Assembly: GCA_958009085.1 (NCBI GenBank)
Contig: OY253668.1
Span: 992,001-1,056,000, forward strand
Direction of reading: 5' to 3'
DNA length: 64,000 bases
DNA from: Protoeuglena noctilucae
Lineage: Eukaryota
Below the pieces are notes generated by a model that was given only the letters and a program-made list of their open reading frames with translations, was not told the origin of the DNA and made no database searches. A program made the position numbers and the translations under genes. Shown here in pieces: positions 28,376 through 38,070 of this stretch. Every line of letters starts with the position of its first letter. The stretch's first letter is position 1.

Positions 28376-30180
28376 ATGCCGCGCGGCACGAATACCAAGC
28401 GGACGTCGAGGGCCAAGCGGCGGGGCCCCCGCGTCGGTGAGGCGCTGCGCCGAGGCACCCTCTGTATTGATGCCCGCTTTGGCCAGGTCGTGACGGCAGC
28501 CCGCGAGTGCCGCTCGCGTGCGCAGGGTGGGACGACCTGCCGGGGGAGCTGCATTTCGAGATCCTGCGGCTGGTGCCCCTGTGCGACGCGACGGCCGCGC
28601 GGCAGGTGTCGCGGGAGATGCGCGACAAGGTGGACGAGACGTGGAGGGCCTGGGGCATCCGGGCGACGGCGGACGAGCTCGTGTCCGCAAACTATCCTGC
28701 TAACTGGCGCATGCGTGAGGCAGAGCTCGAGTGCGGGCCGCTGGCGGTGTTCAGATTTGACGGATCCCACAGGCACCACCTGATGTGCCTGGGGCTCAAG
28801 TGGCAGGCCCAGCTGGTGGCTTGGGAGGAGCAAGAGGTGGACATCAACAGGTCTCTGTGGTTTGATGAAGAGTGCGAGGATTTCTCTCTCCTGCTGGTGG
28901 CGGTGCGGGCGCGGCGGCCGGCGGAGCGTGGGGCGGACGGCGCGGTGGAGTGGGAGTATGTGCTGAGGGACGAGGTGGTGAAGGTGGTGAAGGCTGCATT
29001 GGAAAAATCGGGGGCGGAGGAGTACATGAAGGAGCATTGGTACTGTAACATGGGCGTGGACTGGCATCGCCGCGACATGCGTCCGCTGCTATCGCAGTGC
29101 GCGATGCGGGGGTGTTTGGGGGCGGTCAAGGCTTGCCTGGATGCGGGGGCGCAGGTGGACGCCGACTCGCCTTCCAATCTCCGCTATTGGATGGATGGCG
29201 ACCCTCCCGAGGAGCCCAGCAGCCGGCTCTCCCGGGGGGACATCTTTGACTTCACCATGTACTGGCCGGCGCTGGTGCTGGCCGCGCGGGCTGGCCACGA
29301 AACGGTGGTGGAGGCGCTGCTGGAGGCGGGGGCGTCGGCTCAGATCGGGTGGCATGGCGAGGACTGGACCTTCCCGGCGGTGTGCGGGGGTCAGCCGACG
29401 GCGGGCATCCTGCGGCCGTTGGCCGAGGCGGGCGCGGACGTCGACGCAGTGCCCAGTTATCCCGAATGGTGTAGGTTCGAAATGCCTGCCCAGTACCCCA
29501 CGGCGCTGATGATTGCGGCCCGCGACAAGAGGCTCGACATGGCCCAGACGCTGGTGGAGCTGGGGGCCGATGTCAACGATGTCGCCTGCTGTGGGCACAC
29601 CGTCATGCATATGGCGGCAGACGGGGAGGTGGTGCGGTGGCTGGCTGCGCGGGGGGGCGAGGTGTCTGGCGACTCCTTTGATGGTTGGCCCCCGTTGCAG
29701 AGCGCTTGCGGGGGTGGCCGCGTCGACGCCGCTCGCGCCCTCATCGAGCTGGGCGCGGAAGTGGACGGCGACAGTCTAATGTGGGCGGTCGGCGTGAGAG
29801 ATGAGGAGAACGCCGTGGAGATCACCAGGATGCTGCTGGCGGCGGGGGCCAATCCGGAGGGGTACGGTCTTCAGCCCCAGCACGCCATTAGGCACCCTGG
29901 GTGCGTGGACCTGCTGGTGGAGGCGGGGGCGGACTTGGAGGCGCTTGATTGCTTTGAGAAAACGCCCATCTACTCTGCTGTCAAACACTTGCTGAGGGAG
30001 GAGGAGTTGGTGGCGCCTGACAAGCGGCACGATTGGGGCGCCGTGGTGCTGCGGCTGGCGGACCTTGGCGCGGACCTGATCAACACGGGCGGCGAGCCGG
30101 GGCTGGTGAAGCGCAAGGTGGAGGAGCTGCGGCGTCAGCGGGCGGCTGAGTGCGGTGGTGATAGCTGCGCGGCTGACTGA
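28376..30180 (+). CDS. F-box plus ankyrin-repeat protein (short first exon, one long exon)
   Basis: Exon 1 MPRGTNTKRTSRAKRRGPRV, GTGAGG donor at 28437, acceptor ending 28525; F-box WDDLPGELHFEIL; ankyrin repeats (PALVLAARAGHETVVEALLEAGA, TALMIAA, TVMHMAA); ends CAAD*. Confidence 0.88.
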
Positions 30181-30282
30181 TGTGCACGGCCACAACGCTG
30201 CGAGAGCATGTGCCATCGCCAGCAGTTGGCATGGTTGAAGTGGCATCGCTGCAGCATAGCCTACCCTCGCCCCCATAGCTGT

Positions 30283-30486
30283 CCCGGCGCCAGCACCCTC
30301 GCCATCCGTTGCTCTCCTGCAGGGCCTCCTCAACAGACTCCCAAGGACAGACCCTCCGGCCCGCTTGCGCTCCCACTCTCCCCGCCTCGTCGCAGCCACG
30401 CCGCTCTCTGATCCTGTGGCGCCTGGTCCGTTCTGCGCCATTGCCTGGTGTTCCCGCGACATCCCCGGCGTTCCACCCCACGGGCG
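30283..30486 (-). repeat. Partial third copy of repeat R
   Basis: Near-identical to ~31723-31928 and ~37308-37513. Confidence 0.9.
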
Positions 30487-30523
30487 GGGTGCACCCCTAG
30501 CCTAGTGCACCCCTAGCCCCCTC

Positions 30524-31975
30524 GATGATGATGAGCGATTCAACAGTCGAGGGGTGCTATGACTCTCAGAGCCACGCCTTGCGGCAGAAGTGCCGTCCCC
30601 CGGGGCAGCTGACACCCCGGGGTTTCCATCGTTGCAGTGCATATGGCACGTGGCCCGCCCCCGCTAGGTCGCCCCACCCTAAGGCAAAGGGGTCGCCCAC
30701 CCCGGGTTCTTGCACCCCTAGCCCCCTCGCTGCGCCCGAAGGCAGAATCGCCGTCCCGGAGTGGGACGTTGCAGCCGCGGGGGCCCTCCGTGGAGACCCC
30801 CGGGCGTCTATTACAAAAGGTGAGGCCGAGGCTAATGACGATCTGTGTAGCTTATGTGCGGCCAATCATGACATCCCCCGCTCCCTACCCTCCTCCCATC
30901 CTCCTCAGGCGGCCCGGCTGGCTCGCCCACCCGGCGACGCTGGCCCGGACGCGAGGGCGGTGGGGACGGTCCGAACGCAGACGGCGTTCCCTGGGGGGCG
31001 CAGCGTTGCCCCTGGGCGCCCCGCTCGCCCACGCTGCGCCCCTGAGGGCCGGCTGCCTCTCATATGGACCGCCCCAGACCGCCCCGCTCCGGGTGCGTGC
31101 GCCGGCACGACCCACTCGGCCGTGTGCCCAGAGACCCACGACGCGACCCCGCTCCTCGCTCCCGCACGTCAACCTTGGCCCTTGGCCCGTCCTCTCCCGC
31201 GCCCGTCGGCCTTGGCCCGTCCCTCATCTCCTCGCCCCCACACGCCCAGATGACGTTGGCCTGTCACGCTGACGACCTTGGCCCATCACGCTGACGGCCT
31301 TGGCCCATCACGCTGACGACCTTGGCCTATCACGCTGACGACCTTGGAGTATCGTTTTGACGACCTTGGCCAAATGCGCTGACGACCTTCAACCGACGCT
31401 GTGGCAACCCTGGCCCTTTAACGCTGACGACCTTGGCCCACCTCCCGCTCCGCGCACCCGCGCGCCTGATAACCGAGGCCTGCCCCCCGCCCACGCGCCC
31501 CTGCGCATCCAGAGGACCTCGGCCTGCCTCGCGCCCCCGTCGCCCCCCAGACACCCGACACCCCTGTGTCGCCCAGCCCATGCCAACCCACACCATTCGA
31601 TGCCCCTTGTGTTACTCTCGCCGCCACCGCTCGCTCTTGCCGCGCTGCCATCGCGCCCGCCCCCAAAAGCCCGCTGCCCTGCTGTGTGTCGTGCGAGGGG
31701 TCGCCCCCGCCAGCGCCACCATGCCGGGCGCCAGCGCCCCACGCCGTCCGTTGCTCTCCTGCAGGGCCTCCTCAGCAGACTCCCAAAGACAGGCCCTCCG
31801 GCCCGCTTGCGCCTCCACTCTCCCCGCCTCGTCGCAGCCACGCCGCTCTCTGATCCTGTGGCGCCTGGTCCGTTCTGCGCCACTGCCGGGTGTTCCCACG
31901 ACATCCCCGGCGTTCCACCCCACGGGCGCCACGTCTCTCGCCACTGTCTGAGCCCATCAACCCGTTGCTGCCAGC
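30524..31975 (-). repeat. Repeat R copy 1 (element 3' terminal region ending in a CAT tail)
   Basis: Highly similar to 36130-37560; on the + strand both begin ATGATGATGAGCGATTCAACAG and end CCCGTTGCTGCCAGC. Confidence 0.95.
31248..31440 (+). repeat. 22-bp minisatellite CGCTGACGACCTTGGCCCATCA inside R copy 1
   Basis: Tandem units visible directly; the unit arrangement differs from R copy 2. Confidence 0.9.
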
Positions 31976-32339
31976 TCTGCCCCGACGTTTGTCCCCCGTC
32001 GCACCCTTTGCCAGCCCCCCCCAGCGGGGCTGGTCTCTCACGTTGGCTGGAGCACAGGCGACGCGCTGACGACCCCCACGCGGACCCACCCGACCAGCGC
32101 CAGAGCCCCTGAAGGACCACGGGCGGGGAGGCCACGCGGCACGCGCAGTACCGTGGGTGTGCGGGGCGCGCCGCGACGGCGACGGAGCAGACGCCCCACG
32201 GGTGAGCGCTGGCGGCTGTGGGACACCAAGGGCCTGCGAGGCATGGCTGCAAAGGGCTAGGGGTGAGGCAAGGGTGCGTGTGCGCGTCCGTCCAGGTCTG
32301 CGGTCGGGGAGAGGTGACGGTGTGCGTGACGGAGGATGA

Positions 32340-33180
32340 GTGTCGGTGTGGGTCCTGACCTGCGGCTGGCAAAGAGGGTGGTCGTGGGAGGATGCGAGGA
32401 GGTCTGTGCGTGATTGGGGGAGGTCAGGGGGTGCAGATGCTGTGCTGGATCAGTATGTGGTGCTTGGTGTGTGGGGAGTGATGCGCTGAGGGAGGCGTGT
32501 GCTCACCTGGGCACTAGCTGTGAGGAGAGGGTGCTGAGCCTTACCTGTGCAGCTAGGGGGGGAGTGCGTGGGGCAGGAGGGTTTGCGAAAAGGGCGAGGC
32601 TGGTTGGGCGTGTGAGGTGAGGTGTGTGGGGGGGCGTGGTCCGTGAGAAGGGTGTGGCGTGGGGCTGGCAGGAGGAGGGGTGGGAGATGATGCGTGCTGA
32701 GCAGGAAGGTGGTTTATGTGGGGGTCCATGTGGAAGAGGAGAGGGGGTTGAGAGGTGAACGTGTGTATGTCAGTGGTGATGCGCGGTGAGTGGGCAAGAG
32801 TGGTGCTGAGCGGCGAGATCGTGAGATGAGTGACGAGGGTGCGTGCAGAGAGTTAGACGGTGTGTGTGGTCTGGTTGGAAGAGGCATCTACCTGTTAGCT
32901 GCGGGCATGGACGGGGAGGCGTGGCATGCGGGTGAGTGCTGCTGGGGCAGGGTGCGTGTGCAGTGTGATGTGGGGGGTGAAAAGTGTGCGTCATAGGAAG
33001 GCAGTGGGCTGGCTTAGGGACCTGGTGGGAGCAATGCGGTCGGGTGGATGTGGGAGTAATGCGGATTGGGGTGGGGTGGCATGGCCGGCTGCGGGGCAGG
33101 TGTGGAGCAGGCGTGTGGGTAAAGCTGTCGAGTGTGCGTCCGAGAACCTGCGAGGCATGCGAGGGATGGAGCGTGGGTGC
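32340..33180 (+). repeat. G/T-rich low-complexity tract in the element's 3' region
   Basis: Strong G and GT skew on the + strand, no convincing ORF. Confidence 0.5.
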
Positions 33181-33572
33181 GCAGAAGCCCTTGGTGTCCC
33201 AAGCGCCGGCACCCTCCCCGTGAGGCGCCCGCCCTTGCCGCCACAGCGCGCCCCACGCCCCTGCGGCTGCGCGCGCATCGCGTGGACCCCCCGCCTGCGG
33301 CCCCTCTCAGGCTCCGGCTCCGGCCAGGCAGCCCAGGGGGTCGCCGGTGGCGCCGCCGTGCGATGCTCCAGCCCATATCATCATCCTGGGTGCAGGGGAG
33401 CTTGTTTTAGCCGGCAGACGGGCTCTTCCGTAGATGCTCAGTGTGGCCGTGGACGCCCCAGTTGGCCGGGGCGCCGTCGCCGGAACGAGCAGCCCGAAGG
33501 CCACCCGTCCGGCGCCGGCGCCCCGGCCCGAATGTCGTGGGGTGATGGCGTGCTGCGAATGAAGAGGCCCCC

Positions 33573-35240
33573 TCAGGGGAGTAGCGGCTCGACGGCTGCC
33601 CATGTGGGCGCAGTGTAGGTGAAGGTGGACCTCGCCGGGTCCCTTGGGTGTAAGAGGGCGTCGTCAGGGTGCGTGCAGCGCGCGAGGGCCCACCCGCCCC
33701 GGTACGCCGCCAGAGCGACGAGCTCCTCGGCCATGATGCGCGTCATCTGCGCGAACAGCTGTGCCGGGGACGCGTCCGCCCCCGCGTCCTCCGTCAGCTG
33801 CTGCCGCCTGCGCCAGATGACCTGCACGGTCGCCCCCGCCACGACCGCCCACGTGAGCGGCCCCAACCGCGCGCCCTCCGGCACGCGCAGCAGGAAGAGG
33901 GCCGACGGGCGGAGGGGCGCCCCCTGCGCCCCCCCCGCCCACGCCACGATGCCCCTTGCCACGCGCCACACCTCCCGCGCGCGCGAGCACTCCCAGAACG
34001 CGTGGGCCGCGCTGTCCTTTCCCATGCACGCCTCCCCCTCCTCCGTCAGCAGCGGGCACTCGTCCCGCTCCGCCCAGTACATCCTGTCCTGCGTAGCCCA
34101 CCCGTCCGCCAGCGTCAGCCACAGCCGCTCGTGCAGGGCGTCCGACAGCGGCAGCCCGTTCAGCGCCACCAGCGTGCGCCTCAATCCCTCTCCCGTTAAG
34201 CCGTGTCCCTCCCCCAGCGCCGCCGCCCAGCCCTCCGCCTTGCGCTCCAGCCGCTGCCGGATCGCCGCCCTGTCACACGTCGTCCTCGCCGCCTCCCGCA
34301 CCGTGTAGGAGGCCAGGTCCAGCGCCGCCTTGGAGGCGACGCCGGGGTCTAGTGCCCAGCCCGGCGCGGTGGCCGTCATGGGCCGGTAGAAGTCGTTGGC
34401 CTCCCCGCCGCCCGGGGAGGCAAGTCGCAGGCGCTCCATGAAGCCCTCCGTGAGCGCCAGCCCGTCCCACGGGTCCCAGAGCCCCTCCACGTCTGGCCGG
34501 GCGTACTCGTTGCCCGGCCCAAGGAGGCCCAAGTCCCGCATAAAAGCCCCAACCACCCAGCCGAGGCCCCTCCGATCCACCCCCGGCAGCCGATCATAGC
34601 CCAGCGCGAACGCCCAGGAGACCCACGTCTCCCATCGCCGCGCCGGGTTCCGCATGCAGAGATAATGCCCCACAGTTCCGAATCCCCGTAACGCCATCGC
34701 CCTCCCCACCGGGTGCAGGAGGAGGGGCCGGCCGCCCCCCGCCGGCCGCCCAGCACCCCCCTCGTCGATCCCATCATCCGTATTGTCGTCGCCCGGCGCG
34801 CCGTCGTGCACCCACGCCCCACCAGCCCTCCCATGGACGCCCGTCGCGAAGCTGTGGAGCGACGAGGCCGAATCGTCTTGGTCCTGTCCCATGTCGTTGT
34901 GGAGGGGGCCAGCCGCCCCCCCATCGCCGGCGCCCCCAGGCCTGCCACCCCCGCGCCCGGGCCGCCCCCGCCGGCGGTACAGAGGACCCCCGGGGTGAGA
35001 AGCGACGCGCAGAGTAGATCCCCCTTTGTAGTCCCAGTGACGGGGGTGAAGAAGTCCGTAGAAGAGGCGAAACGCGAGCCGTCCGTGTCCGCCAGGCCCC
35101 CGCCGCCCACGCGCGCCCCCCGCCAGCCATGCCCGTCCATGGCCACGTTGGACAGGCGGTCCGCCAGGGGGTTCTGCTCCCGTGGCACGTGCTCCCAAGT
35201 GATGTCGAGGCCCGCCGCGAGCCTCTGCGCCTCGGTCCAC
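33573..35240 (-). CDS. L1-type ORF2 C-terminal region with zf-RVT (CCHC) zinc finger; no RT visible
   Basis: ASYTVREA...LWLTLADGWATQDRM...ECPLL...C..KDSAAHAFWECSRAREVW...VIWRRR, the typical post-RT zf-RVT pattern. True start unknown. Confidence 0.75.
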   Translation of the reverse strand: MDRGAEARGGPRHHLGARATGAEPPGGPPVQRGHGRAWLAGGARGRRGPGGHGRLAFRLFYGLLHPRHWDYKGGSTLRVASHPGGPLYRRRGRPGRGGGRPGGAGDGGAAGPLHNDMGQDQDDSASSLHSFATGVHGRAGGAWVHDGAPGDDNTDDGIDEGGAGRPAGGGRPLLLHPVGRAMALRGFGTVGHYLCMRNPARRWETWVSWAFALGYDRLPGVDRRGLGWVVGAFMRDLGLLGPGNEYARPDVEGLWDPWDGLALTEGFMERLRLASPGGGEANDFYRPMTATAPGWALDPGVASKAALDLASYTVREAARTTCDRAAIRQRLERKAEGWAAALGEGHGLTGEGLRRTLVALNGLPLSDALHERLWLTLADGWATQDRMYWAERDECPLLTEEGEACMGKDSAAHAFWECSRAREVWRVARGIVAWAGGAQGAPLRPSALFLLRVPEGARLGPLTWAVVAGATVQVIWRRRQQLTEDAGADASPAQLFAQMTRIMAEELVALAAYRGGWALARCTHPDDALLHPRDPARSTFTYTAPTWAAVEPLLP

Positions 35241-35743
35241 AACGGCACCAGCGCCGGGTGCCGCAGCACCGAGCAGTCCCGCGGATCCATGGCGCGGATG
35301 ACGAGGAGGGAATCCCCCCGGACGCGGAGCTTGGTGGCGCCGAGCTCGACTGCCGCGCGTAGCCCTCCCAAAAGCGCGGCGAACTCGGCCTGGTTGTTGG
35401 AGGCCCCGCGCACGGCGGGGCCCGCGAGCTCCAGCGTCTCCACCCCCTCGCCTGCCCCGGCCGCCAGCACCGCCCCCGCGCCAGCCGTGGACGTGTCGGA
35501 GCCGTTGCCCCGCGAGCCCCCGTCGAAGTTGAGCGTCAGCCGGCCCTCCGCCGCCAGGCCGGTCCAGCGCTGCCGGGCGACCTCGTCCGTCGTGGGTGCC
35601 AGAGGTGGCGGCGCGTGCGCGGGCCCGAGGGTCGCGCGCAGGGACCCGAGGCCCTCGATGGCGTCGCAGAAGCTCTCGCGCGCCGGCACCCCCTTAGGGG
35701 CGCGTGCTGCCCCTAAGGCTGAATCGCCGTCCCAGAGTGGGAC
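35125..35743 (-). CDS. Ribonuclease HI domain (archaeal-like/retroelement type); reading frame continues to 34376
   Basis: LNFDGGSRGNG, AGAGAVL, SNNQAEFAALLGGL, VRGDSLLVI, WEHVPREQNPLADRLSN with all four D-E-D-D catalytic residues intact. Confidence 0.9.
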
Positions 35744-35960
35744 GATGATGATGTGCAGTTCAATAGCTGAGGGTGCTGAGGTCCATCAGGATCCTTGCCG
35801 CACGAGCTAGGCCCGCGCGACAGGGGCGCCTTCCCCCGGGGCTGCCGCACCCCGGGGGTTCCATTATCGCAGTGCATATGGCACTTGGCCCGCCCCCGCT
35901 AGGTCCCCCCACCCTAAGGCTATGGGGCCGCCGCCCCGGGCTCCAGCGCCCCTAGCCCCT
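35744..35960 (-). repeat. Diverged copy of the terminal ~220 bp of R, with CAT tail
   Basis: Shares CCCCGGGG...CCCCGGGG, GCAGTGCATATGGCAC and TGGCCCGCCCCCGCTAGGTC..CCCACCCTAAGGC with 30524-30730. Confidence 0.85.
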
Positions 35961-36129
35961 TCGCCGAACCGCCGCCCCTGCCGGGACGAGCAACCGCAGG
36001 ATGCCCCGCGAGCGGGCCCCTGGGTACAAATACAACAGCGAAGCAACGAAGCAGAGACAAGCCCCCATGCCGCGGCGCAGAGCACTTTCGCCCCATGCTA
36101 ACAACGGACCCCACCCTGGTCCCACCGGA

Positions 36130-37560
36130 ATGATGATGAGCGATTCAACAGTCGAGGGGTGCTATGACTCTCAGAGCCACGCCTTGCGGCAGAAGTGCCG
36201 TCCCCCGGGGCAGCTGACACCCCGGGGTTTCCATCGTTGCAGTGCATATGGCACGTGGCCCGCCCCCGCTAGGTCGCCCCACCCTAAGGCAAAGGGGTCG
36301 CCCACCCCGGGTTCTTGCACCCCTAGCCCCCTCGCTGCGCCCGAAGGCAGAATCGCCGTCCCGGAGTGGGACGTTGCAGCCGCGGGGGCCCTCCGTGGAG
36401 ACCCCCGGGCGTCTATTACAAAAGGTGAGGCCGAGGCTAATGACGATCTGTGTAGCTTATGTGCGGCCAATCATGACATCCCCCGCTCCCTACCCTCCTC
36501 CCATCCTCCTCAGGCGGCCCGGCTGGCTCGCCCACCCGGCGACGCTGGCCCGGACGCGAGGGCGGTGGGGGCGGTCCGAACGCAGACGGCGTTCCTTGGG
36601 GGGCGCAGCGTTGCCCCTGGGCGCCCCGCTCGCCCACGCTGCGCCCCCGAGGGCCGGCTGCCTCTCATGTGGACCGCCCCAGACCGCCCCGCTCCGGGTG
36701 CGTGCGCCGGCACGACCCACTCGGCCGTGTGCCCAGAGACCCACGACGCGACCCCGCTCCTCGCTCCCGCACGTCGATCTTGGCCCTTGGCCCGTCCTCT
36801 CCCGCGCCCGTCGGCCTTGGCCCGTCCCTCAACTCCTCGCCCCCACACGCCCAGATGACCTTGGCCCGTCACGCTGACGACCTTGGACTAATGCGCTGAC
36901 GACCTTGGCCCATCGCGCTGACTACCTTGGCCCATCGCGCTGACGACCTTGGCATATCACGCTGACGACCTTTAACCGACGCTGTGGCGACCCTGGCCCT
37001 TTGACGCTGACGACCTTGGCCCACCTCTCGCTCCGCGCACCCGCGCGCCCTGATACCTGTGGCCGCCCCCCCGCTTACGCGCCCCCGCGCACCCAGAAGA
37101 CCTTGGCCTGCCTCGCGCCCCCGTCGCCCCCCAGACACCCGACACCCCTGTGTCGCCCAGCCCATGCCCACCCACACCATTCGATGCCCCTTGTGTTACT
37201 CTCGCCGCCACCGCTCGCTCTTGCCGCGCTGCCATCGCGCCCGCCCCCAAAAGCCCGCTGCCCTGCTGTGTGTCGTGCGAGGGGTCGCCCCCGCCAACGC
37301 CACCATGCCGGGCGCCAGCACCCCACGCCGTCCGTTGCTCTCCTGCAGGGCCTCCTCAGCAGACTCCCGAAGACAGGCCCTCCGGCCCCGCTTGCGCTCC
37401 CACTATCCCCGCCTCGTGATAGCCACGCCGCTCTCTGATCCTGTGGCGCCTGGTCCGTTCTGCGCCACTGCCGGGTGTTCCCACGACATCCCCGGCGTTC
37501 CACCCCACGGGCGCCACGTCTCTCGCCACTGTCTGAGCCCATCAACCCGTTGCTGCCAGC
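36130..37560 (-). repeat. Repeat R copy 2 (contains the 22-bp minisatellite at 36855-37022)
   Basis: Direct repeat of 30524-31975. Confidence 0.95.
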
Positions 37561-37619
37561 GCCCCGAATGCCCAGAGTGGGACGCAGCTGCTGGGATGAG
37601 AGTAAGGGTTAGGATGAAG

Positions 37620-37631
37620 AAAAACGAAAAA
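37620..37631 (-). terminator. Probable RNA polymerase III terminator (T runs)
   Basis: Two T5 runs on the - strand about 40 bp downstream of the tRNA, in a GC-rich background. Confidence 0.6.
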
Positions 37632-37671
37632 TCCAACACCAAAGACCCCCGCCAGCGCAGAAGAAAGGGTG

Positions 37672-37760
37672 TGCCCCCGGCAGGATTCGAACCTGCGGCC
37701 TTTCGTTCTCTAGGCGACTGCTACAAGACGAACGCTCCATACCAACCGAGCTCCGAGGGC
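37672..37760 (-). tRNA. tRNA-Thr(UGU) with 14-nt intron (37708-37721)
   Basis: Cloverleaf: GCCCTCG/CGGGGGC-A acceptor, GCTC/GAGC D stem, TTCGT-CTTGTA^A-ACGAA anticodon arm, GCAGG-TTCGAAT-CCTGC T arm; AT-rich upstream flank and downstream T runs. Confidence 0.92.
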
Positions 37761-38070
37761 TTAACTTTTTCTAAAAAACCTGCGATTTAAGTACTACAAG
37801 GTGACGCAGGAGACGCGATACCCTGGCACGAGGGCGAACCCGAACCCCGCGTGCCCGGGGGCCCCGTGGCTCGCCCCGACCCTCCCGGCGGCATCGCGTC
37901 GAAATCCGCAGAACGCAGAAGGGTGTGCGCACCCTCGTGCCGCGGTTGACCCACGCTCTGACCCTGCCGGTGTCAGACGTGTTCGGGCTGAACCATTACG
38001 CCTTGAGTCTTGGGGGGGGGGGGGAGATCGCAGAAACCGCGCGCACGTCGCCAGCCGGCCGCCGCTCGCC

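Larger units (their letters stand above)
30283..37584 (-). mobile_element. Nested/tandem cluster of an L1-like non-LTR retroelement
   Basis: RNase H and zf-RVT coding regions, three (CAT)n 3' tails (near 30524, 35744, 36130), two ~1.43-kb direct repeats and a 14-bp TSD-like duplication. Confidence 0.8.

Noticed and set aside
30739..30850. Hammerhead or HDV-like ribozyme in repeat R
   Set aside because: No CUGANGA/GAAA core, and I could not build the HDV nested pseudoknot by eye; an Infernal scan would be needed.
31248..31440. 22-bp repeats as a CRISPR array
   Set aside because: Units are contiguous without unique spacers, no cas genes, eukaryotic context.
37440..37480. tRNA-derived SINE head (A-box-like TGGCGCAGAACGG on the - strand)
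   Set aside because: No matching B box at a suitable distance.
30524..37560. The 1.43-kb direct repeats as LTRs or DIRS/Ngaro split repeats
   Set aside because: No TG...CA ends, PBS/PPT, gag, integrase or tyrosine recombinase; CAT tails and zf-RVT point to a non-LTR element.
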